Origin: a virus
Taxonomy: Duplodnaviria > Caudoviricetes
Length of the DNA stretch: 57,095 nt
Direction: 5' to 3' (one strand)
Virus record (IMG/VR): IMGVR_UViG_3300032247_001291
Span: 1 to 57,095 of that record
This document shows, in pieces, positions 40,312-49,025 of this stretch. Position numbers and translations under genes: made by a program. Each line of letters opens with the position of its first letter. Within the stretch, counting starts at the first letter, position 1. The notes beneath the pieces were generated by a model that was not told the DNA's origin, did no database searches, and was given only the letters and a program-made list of their open reading frames with translations.

Positions 40312-40738
40312 TTTGTACTTGTACCCTTTGCAGAATTACATCATAATAAGATATTTTACCAAATGGATCAACTACTGCATGTGAAGACATTACTTCAAAA
40401 ATTGTATCTGGATTATCATATTTATCTATTTCTGTATAAATAGAAACACCGTTACTTGCTTTTATTGATGACACACGCCATCTTTTAGATAAGGGCATTA
40501 AACATGTCATTTTTAATTCTAACTTTTCATGGTATTCATTATTTTTACCAACATCAAAAGTTTTTGAATCTCCTCTTATAGAAGCTCCACTTGATTTAAC
40601 TGGCATAACTTTACATTGAATAGTTTGATCATATACCCATTCTCTTGTTATAGACCCGCTTGATTCTGACTGCACTCTTTGCTGAATCAATACATCAGCA
40701 GTCATATTCATAAAACTACTAATTATTGATGTTGGCAT
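40289..40738 (-). CDS. Head-to-tail stopper
   Basis: Beta-rich ~150 aa protein after the adaptor. Confidence 0.55.
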   Translation of the reverse strand: MPTSIISSFMNMTADVLIQQRVQSESSGSITREWVYDQTIQCKVMPVKSSGASIRGDSKTFDVGKNNEYHEKLELKMTCLMPLSKRWRVSSIKASNGVSIYTEIDKYDNPDTIFEVMSSHAVVDPFGKISYYDVILQRVQVQNDSTASK

Positions 40739-41685
40739 TAAATAATCACTATTCCTGTATTACGATACTGATCTAATATTTGATCAACAATTACATTTCC
40801 AGTTCCAGTAAATGCACCGCTATCTAATTCAAAATCAATTTCACCAAGTTGAATTTTCTTTAAATATTTATTACGCCATTCGGCATCTTTAGAAAGATAA
40901 TCTCCAGCAAGCATTACTGTGCATCTTCTTACATCTTGAGGAACGTATATCCAACCTTTTTCTCCCCAAATTTTATATCTATATCCAGATCTAAATCTTC
41001 CAGCATAAAGAACTGTTGGGTCAAAACTGCTATCATAAGCTATTGCACCTTGGTTGCTATTGTTTACTATTCTTATAGCTCTATTAGTTGTTGTTAATTC
41101 AACATCCCAACCAAAATTATTTGATATTGGATCAGTTGTATAATCAATAGAAAGTATTCCATTTTCATATAATTTTTCTATAGAAATCATTCTTTCTATA
41201 AGCTCTAGGGCATCTGAATTATTTCCAAATATCTCTTGGTCTCCCCATTTTCTTCCAAATGTTTGACCAGTATAATTTTCTACTTGCATTCTAGCTATAA
41301 ATTCTGCTGATTGTATTTCATCTTGAGATCTGTAATTCAAATCTGATGCACGGGTACCGAACCCGTAATAATCTATAATATCGCTAACGCTAGCGTATGG
41401 CGTATATGCCTCATAAAAATCTTCTTGAGAAGTTGCTTTTCCATTTAATGTATATGACCAAACAACTTGAAGTACTCTATTCAAATAAGTGTATGCAGAA
41501 TCTAAATCAAAAGTATATTTGCCTAAAGCGGGGTCATTAAATGCAACCCCGCTTGTTCCTACTTGAGTTCCATAATCTGCATCAAAAACAGTTACTGTCA
41601 CATCTCCGTCTGCGTTTACCAGCTGATTATTAGAATAAATTTCAACTTCAGCAGTTTCTGTTGTACCTCTTCTTATTTGATGCAT
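40738..41685 (-). CDS. Head-to-tail adaptor
   Basis: VENYTGQTF, GWIYVPQDV, TGNVIVDQILDQY. Confidence 0.7.
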   Translation of the reverse strand: MHQIRRGTTETAEVEIYSNNQLVNADGDVTVTVFDADYGTQVGTSGVAFNDPALGKYTFDLDSAYTYLNRVLQVVWSYTLNGKATSQEDFYEAYTPYASVSDIIDYYGFGTRASDLNYRSQDEIQSAEFIARMQVENYTGQTFGRKWGDQEIFGNNSDALELIERMISIEKLYENGILSIDYTTDPISNNFGWDVELTTTNRAIRIVNNSNQGAIAYDSSFDPTVLYAGRFRSGYRYKIWGEKGWIYVPQDVRRCTVMLAGDYLSKDAEWRNKYLKKIQLGEIDFELDSGAFTGTGNVIVDQILDQYRNTGIVII

Positions 41686-41698
41686 TTAAGCCCCCTAT

Positions 41699-42085
41699 TT
41701 AATTATAAAACTCCTGAGCTTCTCTAGGAGTTGCTGGTCTAAAGCCTGGCTCATGGTCAAAAATCTTTGTAGCATCTTCTTCTGCCATTGCTACGAATGG
41801 ATGATCCTGAGTAAACGTATATCCGTAAACAGTATATGAAGGATTAGCTTTATCCATTCTAACTAGGATAGTTTTTGTTTTATCAATCTTAAGCTTTTTT
41901 TCTTTAATTGGCTGCTCGATTTCTACTTTTTCAGTACCGCTAAATTTAGCATACATATCGTATGAAACTCCATTGTCTTCTAGCTCAAGGAGTATTGATT
42001 GTTTTGTAGCTTTTTCTGGCAATTCTACGCCGAATGTATCTGCTACTTTTTTTAATTCTGCAAGTTTTAGTGTGTCAAATGACAT
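41699..42085 (-). CDS. Hypothetical protein with N-terminal Rho-N/HeH-like motif
   Basis: LKLAELKKVADTFGV...K; TGGTATAAT at 42110-42118. Confidence 0.55.
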   Translation of the reverse strand: MSFDTLKLAELKKVADTFGVELPEKATKQSILLELEDNGVSYDMYAKFSGTEKVEIEQPIKEKKLKIDKTKTILVRMDKANPSYTVYGYTFTQDHPFVAMAEEDATKIFDHEPGFRPATPREAQEFYN

Positions 42086-42135
42086 ATATTTTCCTCTCAT
42101 GTCATAACTATTATACCATCTATTATATAAAGTAT

Positions 42136-42163
42136 AAGGGGGAGGATTTTCATCCTCCCCTTT
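42136..42163 (-). terminator. Terminator after the major capsid gene
   Basis: aagggggaggat-tttc-atcctccccttt hairpin. Confidence 0.7.
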
Positions 42164-42187
42164 ATTAGCACCTTTTAATAGGTTATA

Positions 42188-43342
42188 TTAGAATGTACCA
42201 CGTGCACGTGTATTTGGATTAGATACTAGTGCTCCATGTGTTGTTGATCCAAATGTACCAAAATCGGTACCTGAGACCTTAACATTCTTGACGATAACGT
42301 GTGCATCATAGTTCTCAAAAGCACAACCGACACGAATGAATAGTGTATATTCAATTGTGTCTTTCTTTGGCTGGAAGAGACGGTATACAACAACGTCACG
42401 CTTGATACCAACGATAAAGTTCTGTGGGAATGTCAAGTGGACATCACCAAAGAGACCTGATGATGCATCGTAGCCTGAATCGCCATAAGCTTTACCTGTT
42501 GAATCACGAGTTTCGTCCATAAGAGGAACGTTGATTACTGGGATACCGAAAGCAAACGGTGTAGTGGAACCAGGTCCACCATCGTTAGCAACTACGTCAC
42601 CACGGATTACGCCAGAAGCGATATCCCATGGGTTCACAGAACCAGCACTAGCTGTAAGATTATATAGATAATCCTGAACTAAGTTTGATCCTACGAAGAA
42701 ACGAAGCTGATTGCGACGCTGCTTGTACTTACGTGGCAAGGTCTTAATTGCTGTATTAAATACAGCCTTGTCAAGTCCCTGTGCGTTACCATCAACAACG
42801 TGTGCGTTTGCTAGAGCATTAGCTCTGAATCCGACAAATGCTGACATAAGTCCGCTGCCTGATCCAGTTCCGTTGATAAGTGTATCTTCGATATCGTTAC
42901 CTGCCTGTGTTGCCATCAAGCGGGCAATATGATCTTCAAGATCTGGACCCTCAAGGTTATCTTCGAGAGCCTCTGCTGAGAGTTCCCAATCAAGACGAAG
43001 CTTGCGAGTTGTTAGAGAAATCTTAGAAAATGTTGCGCCAGCTGTTGTGAATTGATCTCCTGCTGCGTTAACGTAGTCACGAGGATTCTCTTCTGCTGCA
43101 ACTGTCATCAGTCTCTGTCCTACAGAAACACGATCAATCTCAGTTGTGTTTGAACGCATGCGAATTGTACGAGCCGCCTTAGCGAGAATCGTAGCATCCC
43201 ACATGTAATCAAGGAATCTATTAGCCTGATCTGGGTATAGAAGACCTGTACCTGAATGGGTACGGCCATCGCCTGATAGATCAGAACCTGAAGTTCCTAG
43301 GTTTGTTGTGTCAATTACTTTTTGTAAAAGTTCATTGCTCAT
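42188..43342 (-). CDS. Major capsid protein (HK97 fold)
   Basis: GLLYPDQANRF, ELSAEALEDN, INGTG, GIPVINVP; follows the protease. Confidence 0.92.
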   Translation of the reverse strand: MSNELLQKVIDTTNLGTSGSDLSGDGRTHSGTGLLYPDQANRFLDYMWDATILAKAARTIRMRSNTTEIDRVSVGQRLMTVAAEENPRDYVNAAGDQFTTAGATFSKISLTTRKLRLDWELSAEALEDNLEGPDLEDHIARLMATQAGNDIEDTLINGTGSGSGLMSAFVGFRANALANAHVVDGNAQGLDKAVFNTAIKTLPRKYKQRRNQLRFFVGSNLVQDYLYNLTASAGSVNPWDIASGVIRGDVVANDGGPGSTTPFAFGIPVINVPLMDETRDSTGKAYGDSGYDASSGLFGDVHLTFPQNFIVGIKRDVVVYRLFQPKKDTIEYTLFIRVGCAFENYDAHVIVKNVKVSGTDFGTFGSTTHGALVSNPNTRARGTF

Positions 43343-43377
43343 TTTTTATTTCACCACCTTTGTATTTGTTGATTTTG

Positions 43378-43974
43378 TTATAGATTTGCGGAACCGAGGA
43401 AGGATCCTTGCCAATCGAACTCCATATTTTTTTGGAGTCTAGTACCCCTTGGCGAGTTTTCTACTTCACCAATGGACTTTTGTACTGCAGTATCACTCTC
43501 GTAAGCACCAAAACGCTTTTCTAGCTCTTCAAATCTTTTGAAGAAATCAGAGATATTGTTAGTTAGATCTGTAAGATCTTTCTTCATGCCTTCTACGGCA
43601 CTCATGTATTCGGCACGTGCTGCCTCTACTGTATCTACTGACTTTTGGATTTTTGCTTCTGTGTCTGCAGAATTCTGTTCTACTGCTTCGCTGAAGAGGT
43701 TGCGCATTTCTGTCAACATCTTTGCAAAAGGCTCTGTTGCCTCTGCGCTTGTGACCGACTTCTCTACGGCTTCCTCTGCTGGAGCTTCTGCTGGTGCATC
43801 TGCAACTACTGAATCCTCTGTAGGTGCTTCTGCTGGTGCATCTGCTGCTGGAGCATCTGCTGGAGTTTCGACATCAGCTGCTGAGTTAACAATTGCATCA
43901 ATTGCTTCTTCTGCTGCCTCTACAATTTGTTCAATTGCATCTGCTACTGCGTCATTATTTGTTTCGTCTGCCAT
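43378..43974 (-). CDS. Scaffolding protein from an internal in-frame start
   Basis: GAAGGAGGT-aataaa-ATG (MADETNN) inside the protease ORF. Confidence 0.6.
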   Translation of the reverse strand: MADETNNDAVADAIEQIVEAAEEAIDAIVNSAADVETPADAPAADAPAEAPTEDSVVADAPAEAPAEEAVEKSVTSAEATEPFAKMLTEMRNLFSEAVEQNSADTEAKIQKSVDTVEAARAEYMSAVEGMKKDLTDLTNNISDFFKRFEELEKRFGAYESDTAVQKSIGEVENSPRGTRLQKNMEFDWQGSFLGSANL

Positions 43975-44895
43975 TTTATTACCTCCTTCATTAGCATACT
44001 CTGAATCATTTACTGAATCAGACTTCTTTATTGTTTTTTTCTTGAGTTTTCTTCTCAGTCTTTGCTTAGCTTTATTTTGATCTGGATAAAGATTAATTGT
44101 TTCTTTTGAATTTACAATCCCTGCATCACCTTCTTGTGTTGTAGCAGAATGATCTGGGCCTGATGCATCGTCTTTCTTAAAATAAGAATCAACAACTTTA
44201 CTAATTGCTAACCCTTTTTCGGTTTCTGAGGATTCTATCCAGCCAACGTTATCCATTCCTGTACCGCAGATTACGCAATCTTTTGAAGATGCAATTGTTG
44301 AAGATGCGATCTGATCTTTTTTACACCAATAAACATTTTCAATTTTAGTGTCTGCTGCCATACCCTTCATAAATGAAGAACCATCAATATTTTTTTGAAT
44401 AGAAAAAATGCTAGCAAGTGGATTTGCTGGAGAGTCAACTAATGAAAGTTCCATAAGATCATATTCTTTAATAACACGATGATCATCTTTGTCTCCTGGC
44501 ATTACTCCAGCATCTACAATATTTCCGCCAATTGAAAAACCAGTCATTGTGCCATCAAGAACTTTTTCCCAAGTGTCTTGTGCGCCCTTGGAAACATAAG
44601 CTTGTACATAAATACCTTTATAAGTTTTTCCAGATTCTTTATCAAGATAATCTTCTGGGTGGAATGACAAAACTTTGCCTACAGCAATTGGAGCATGCAT
44701 CTCACGGAGGTTTCCTCTAAAACGTGCAAATGCTTTTTCTGATGCTTCTGCTGTTACAATGTCGCCATGACGATCAATATTATCTAATGTTGCAAACCCA
44801 GAGACAGTCCTTTTTTCCTTATCTACCTTGGTGATAGGGAAGGACATATTGACTGTAGATTGGCTATTATTCCATTGTACTTTTTGAATGTTCAT
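43378..44895 (-). CDS. Prohead protease fused to scaffold
   Basis: VSGFATLDNIDRHGD, REMH, GFSIGG, ELSLVDSPAN; acidic coiled-coil C-half. Confidence 0.88.
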   Translation of the reverse strand: MNIQKVQWNNSQSTVNMSFPITKVDKEKRTVSGFATLDNIDRHGDIVTAEASEKAFARFRGNLREMHAPIAVGKVLSFHPEDYLDKESGKTYKGIYVQAYVSKGAQDTWEKVLDGTMTGFSIGGNIVDAGVMPGDKDDHRVIKEYDLMELSLVDSPANPLASIFSIQKNIDGSSFMKGMAADTKIENVYWCKKDQIASSTIASSKDCVICGTGMDNVGWIESSETEKGLAISKVVDSYFKKDDASGPDHSATTQEGDAGIVNSKETINLYPDQNKAKQRLRRKLKKKTIKKSDSVNDSEYANEGGNKMADETNNDAVADAIEQIVEAAEEAIDAIVNSAADVETPADAPAADAPAEAPTEDSVVADAPAEAPAEEAVEKSVTSAEATEPFAKMLTEMRNLFSEAVEQNSADTEAKIQKSVDTVEAARAEYMSAVEGMKKDLTDLTNNISDFFKRFEELEKRFGAYESDTAVQKSIGEVENSPRGTRLQKNMEFDWQGSFLGSANL

Positions 44896-44948
44896 TCTAA
44901 GTTAAATAATATCAGTGTGTAGTATAAAGGCAAAATAATTCTAGTGTA

Positions 44949-46529
44949 TTATTTTACTTTTCGGCCTTCGCCTTTTCTGGCTCTACCGCTGATTGCTTCT
45001 TCTGGGGCAGCATTTCTAGTTTTGTCCCTTGCTCTAGATTGCATTGTTTGAGCTTGAATTTCTGCTGCTTTAGATGCTGGGTCAAATACCTCATCACCAG
45101 AATCAATTGGATTCATTCCCAATCTCATTCTAACTTCATTTGGCTTTAATACTTGGGTTGTAAGATAAATTTGATCAATTTGAGCTTGTGCCAATTCATC
45201 AGTAAGGGTAAGCTCTTCAAACTTAAATTTGAACATATCAGTAAATTCTTTAATAATTTTATTAATTTGAATTTCTAATGCATCTTGCGCTGGTCTTGTA
45301 ACCTGCTCTTTAAAGATTTTATCGTCTAATGGGCTAGGTGTTCCATTACCTATTTTAGATAATGGAGTTCTGTGGGCTATAAGAATACGATCTCTGTTTT
45401 CTATGGCATAATTACTGAAAGAGGAATCTTGAATTCCCGCTTCAATTGGTTCCATATTAAACTCTACACGGGCTGCGTCATTATCTGCTGGAAGCGGGAT
45501 ATAAAGGGTTCTATGGTTTCTGCCTTTAAGACCTATCTGGAAAAATTCTAAAAGCTTTCTTTCTGAATCGGCATTTAATTTAGCACCTTTTGTTGTAATA
45601 ATATAACGAGGTACGGCTTTATTTTCAAAATAATCTAAATTATAACGAGAAGCAAATTCATCACCTGCAACAGCGTTCTTGGCAGACAAAATATCTGGGA
45701 CACCGTAATAGGTATTTGTTGGTGTGTATTTCTTAAAATGAATAACTTCGTTAGGACGAGGATCTGTGCCTATTTGGTCCTGTGTGGTCGTATCGCCAAA
45801 GTTTCTAAAATAGGTATAGCGGTTGTATACTACCTGCACGAAACCGTCTCTATGCCGTCTTATACGCATTGTAATGGCAGGTATATGGCCTATGAATCCA
45901 ATTTCTCCTGCCGAAGTACGACCAATTTCAAGATATCCATTTCCAGTTACTTCTAAGTCTTTATAAACTTTGCGAAGAACCTCTTCAAATGAATCATCTG
46001 AATTTAAGCTTTCAACTTTATCTCTCATCATTACTCTAGCACGAGAAACTTTTCTTCTAACTTTTTCTAATGCTGGTTCATTTTCTGAGGCATCTTCCAG
46101 CTTATCCAGTACCTTTTGAGTTTCTACAAATTTATATCCTAAACCTACTGTATTTGCAACTTTTGCATCAATAGCTGCGTGGTGGTAGGGAGATACATCA
46201 TAAAGCTGGGCAAGATACATAACGTTGTATGGTGGCTGTACGATTTGAAATAATGAATAGCCAGTTAAATCTAACGGGTCAAGTTTTTTTGATTTAGCAT
46301 CATCTAAACCAGTATAAGCTTTATTTAATTTACGAGAAGCGTTTCTTTTAAAGTTTGGGTTTAAGTTTTCAATCTTTAAAAGCTCTTCGGCTTTTGCTAA
46401 AAATGGGTCATCAAAATCTGTTTCTTGAAGTTCACGTGGAGAAGTGCCCAAAGCAGCTCCTTCAATTTCAAGAGAATAACCTTTTGAAAAATCATCTGAA
46501 TCGTCTGCTACTGTGGCTCTGTGTTCCAT
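44949..46529 (-). CDS. Portal protein (PBSX/HK97-like)
   Basis: TGNGYLEI, EVIHFK, YYGVPD, YFENKAVP, PNEVR. Confidence 0.92.
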   Translation of the reverse strand: MEHRATVADDSDDFSKGYSLEIEGAALGTSPRELQETDFDDPFLAKAEELLKIENLNPNFKRNASRKLNKAYTGLDDAKSKKLDPLDLTGYSLFQIVQPPYNVMYLAQLYDVSPYHHAAIDAKVANTVGLGYKFVETQKVLDKLEDASENEPALEKVRRKVSRARVMMRDKVESLNSDDSFEEVLRKVYKDLEVTGNGYLEIGRTSAGEIGFIGHIPAITMRIRRHRDGFVQVVYNRYTYFRNFGDTTTQDQIGTDPRPNEVIHFKKYTPTNTYYGVPDILSAKNAVAGDEFASRYNLDYFENKAVPRYIITTKGAKLNADSERKLLEFFQIGLKGRNHRTLYIPLPADNDAARVEFNMEPIEAGIQDSSFSNYAIENRDRILIAHRTPLSKIGNGTPSPLDDKIFKEQVTRPAQDALEIQINKIIKEFTDMFKFKFEELTLTDELAQAQIDQIYLTTQVLKPNEVRMRLGMNPIDSGDEVFDPASKAAEIQAQTMQSRARDKTRNAAPEEAISGRARKGEGRKVK

Positions 46530-46859
46530 TTATATAATCCCCATTTTTTTCTTTTGTTGAAGATCTTCTTTTAAGGCTGGGATGTCCCATTCATCTGCCA
46601 CTAATCCCCAATCAAGTCTTTGTTTTTGATTTTCGTATTCTTCTTGGCTAACAGGTCGGTGTCCAGAAAACCAGACTGGCTCTCCTTCTTCAACGCCATA
46701 AGATTTAGCAAAATTTCTAAGTTCTGTAATTTTCTTTACATCACCTTTAATTGCATAAATGCACATAAAATTACCCTCTTCGTCGGTTATAAGTTTGCCG
46801 TCAGGCAGGGACCAAAGGTAGGTTCCGTAATTAACTTCTTCAACAGGTGTAATCTTCAT
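46530..46859 (-). CDS. Hypothetical protein upstream of the portal
   Basis: Abuts the portal start; TGGTAAAAT just upstream. Confidence 0.65.
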   Translation of the reverse strand: MKITPVEEVNYGTYLWSLPDGKLITDEEGNFMCIYAIKGDVKKITELRNFAKSYGVEEGEPVWFSGHRPVSQEEYENQKQRLDWGLVADEWDIPALKEDLQQKKKMGII

Positions 46860-46911
46860 ATGAGTCTATTTTACCACTTTCTTTATCTGTAGCGAATATT
46901 TAGTGCCAACA

Positions 46912-47046
46912 TTAACCAAAAATTGGAAACATGTTGAGACATCTATCACAATAATTATATGTTTTTTGAGTAAATGGGCATGTCCCAGCCATTTTTAAAT
47001 CGTGTCCTCTAATCCCACACATTATTTTTTTTATCAAAGATAGCAT
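46912..47046 (-). CDS. Small Cys/His protein (44 aa)
   Basis: Hand-translated MLSLIKKIMCGIRGHDLKMAGTCPFTQKTYNYCDRCLNMFPIFG. Confidence 0.55.
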   Translation of the reverse strand: MLSLIKKIMCGIRGHDLKMAGTCPFTQKTYNYCDRCLNMFPIFG

Positions 47047-47221
47047 CTTTTATCCTTTTCCATTTTCCATATAAATTAGGTTTTTCTGAACCAACATATT
47101 CTTGACCAGTTTCTAAATCAATCAATAACCATTTTGCTGGGCATTTTGTATGGATTGTAAGATCTACCGCTTCGTTAAAATCTTCTACTTCTGATCCATC
47201 TAGGAGCTTTCTCTTCCCCAT
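47009..47221 (-). CDS. Hypothetical protein
   Basis: TKCPAKWLLIDLETGQEY; packed ORF. Confidence 0.6.
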   Translation of the reverse strand: MGKRKLLDGSEVEDFNEAVDLTIHTKCPAKWLLIDLETGQEYVGSEKPNLYGKWKRIKDAIFDKKNNVWD

Positions 47222-47439
47222 TTTACCCTATTCCAAATACGCTCATGTACATAATATAAAAATATTTTAGTAAATATTTCCATGCCAGAAATAGCTAAAG
47301 CAAGTTTAGCTTTTCCAGTAATCAAATAAGAAAGAATAAAGGTATCAATTGTTCCAGTTGTTCTCCATGTTACCGCTTTTACAAATGACCTGCTATGTGA
47401 TACCCACATAATTGGTTTTATATCTACAGGCGTAAACAT
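47200..47439 (-). CDS. DUF2061-family membrane protein
   Basis: RSFVKAVTWRTTGT...LYYVHERIW signature; start shortened to avoid overlap with cysC. Confidence 0.8.
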   Translation of the reverse strand: MFTPVDIKPIMWVSHSRSFVKAVTWRTTGTIDTFILSYLITGKAKLALAISGMEIFTKIFLYYVHERIWNRVKWGRESS

Positions 47440-47470
47440 AATTCTTTCTTCTGCTTCTGATATTTTATTA

Positions 47471-48229
47471 TCAAATACCCATCTGCTTGCGCTTTTCAGT
47501 TGCTGAAATAGCTTCAATGTCTGCTCCCAACGATACCTGTTCAATTTTATATCCTACATCTCGCCCATATACAATATTAGTAATATTAGGCATTCTAACC
47601 ACCATTGCATCTTTCATAAAATCATCTTCTGCAATATAGCTTTTAACTTGATCAAATGTTAATGGATCTTTAGGGCTGGTATTGTAAGTATTTCTAACGC
47701 CCAGCATAACTTGATCCGTACGCTCCCCTGCTTCTTTATACAAAGCATGGTGACCTTCATGCCAGGGTTGATATCTTCCCAACATTAATGTTGTTGGAGC
47801 TGACCAATCGTGTAAATTAAATAATTTAATAAAATGTGTTACACGAACAAAAACATCTTCTACAAAATCTACATACTCTATGTCAAAATATAAAGGTTCA
47901 ATAAACATTTTATTGGTATCTTCAAAACGACCTTCTTTAATCGTATTCATCCAAACCAATATATCTGGCTTACCAAAAGATTTTCTTGTTTCTGGTGTTG
48001 GGCAAACAAAATCTACAACAACATCAAGTCCTTGTTTAGACAACATTTTTGCCATCTCGCCCATACGCCTGGCATGCTCTATGCGATCTTCAATTGCAAA
48101 CCCAAGATCAGAATTTATTGTTGAGCGCACATAATCTGCATTTAAATGTACAGCATTAATTCTATCAGCTAAAGCGGTTGCAAAAGTAGTTTTGCCACTT
48201 CCTGGCAAACCAATGATTTGGATTATCAT
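47471..48229 (-). CDS. cysC: Adenylylsulfate (APS) kinase fused to HxGH nucleotidyltransferase
   Basis: GLPGSGKTT, NADYVR...DLGF..EDRIEHARR, DFVCP; C-half GRYQPWHEGH...ISATEKR. Confidence 0.8.
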   Translation of the reverse strand: MIIQIIGLPGSGKTTFATALADRINAVHLNADYVRSTINSDLGFAIEDRIEHARRMGEMAKMLSKQGLDVVVDFVCPTPETRKSFGKPDILVWMNTIKEGRFEDTNKMFIEPLYFDIEYVDFVEDVFVRVTHFIKLFNLHDWSAPTTLMLGRYQPWHEGHHALYKEAGERTDQVMLGVRNTYNTSPKDPLTFDQVKSYIAEDDFMKDAMVVRMPNITNIVYGRDVGYKIEQVSLGADIEAISATEKRKQMGI

Positions 48230-48272
48230 ATTTTCTCCTTAATAATAGATATTAATTTTAGCACAAAATTAT

Positions 48273-49025
48273 TTAAATTGCTCCATAAAAAAACATTGGT
48301 TTTGATGAAGTTTCATTTTTATGAATTGTACAAACTGGCACTGTTTTAAATTTTACAATGTCCCAAAATTCAGCTTTATTATTACAATTTACACAAAACA
48401 AATCTTTCATTCTATCTTTTTGTTTTTCTTTATTATTTGTTTTTGTATTAAATGCAACTAAAGGAGTAAATTTTTCCTTTTTAATATAATTAATATTGTA
48501 AGACCAATCAATCATTCCAAAACCATCGTCTTTAATAGATGGGGCAGATAAATGATCAAGTATTAATTCAATGTCAACATTACCCTCAGTCAACAAAGAA
48601 AAAGAAATAAAACATGGATATGAAGAAGAATCAATTGATAAAACAAGATGTCCAGTTTCAAATATAGCAAAAACATTTTGAGATATTAAATTTTTATCTT
48701 TTATTAAATTTAATATTTCATCTATATTGCCATTATAAACTTCTTCAACATTAATAATATTAATACTATATATTTTTTCTGGATTTTCTATTTTTTTATA
48801 TGTTACATATGGACCATGTAACAATTTTCCCAATCCATAATTATGTTTAATATCAAATCCATGATCACAAATATGTTCATCTGGGTAACTCAAAAAGCCT
48901 CTTATTACATTAGAAACATTTTCTATATTTAATATCGGGTCTAGGCAAAAACCTTGTATATAAAAATTTTTAATTATAATGTCATCATGTATTTGTTTTT
49001 TAATGATTTCATTAGTAATTTCTAT
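48273..49025 (-). CDS. Divergent S-adenosylmethionine decarboxylase (SpeD)-like protein, probably inactive; start uncertain
   Basis: LHGPYVTY and AIFETGHLVLS...YPCFISFSL resemble the SpeD core (ETSH). The frame is open to 49034, well upstream of the TTG at 48893. Confidence 0.45.
   Translation of the reverse strand: MEITNEIIKKQIHDDIIIKNFYIQGFCLDPILNIENVSNVIRGFLSYPDEHICDHGFDIKHNYGLGKLLHGPYVTYKKIENPEKIYSINIINVEEVYNGNIDEILNLIKDKNLISQNVFAIFETGHLVLSIDSSSYPCFISFSLLTEGNVDIELILDHLSAPSIKDDGFGMIDWSYNINYIKKEKFTPLVAFNTKTNNKEKQKDRMKDLFCVNCNNKAEFWDIVKFKTVPVCTIHKNETSSKPMFFYGAI

Noticed and set aside
43538-44080. Plus-strand 180-aa ORF and other short plus-strand ORFs
   Set aside because: Antisense to well-supported minus-strand genes, with no RBS or motifs.
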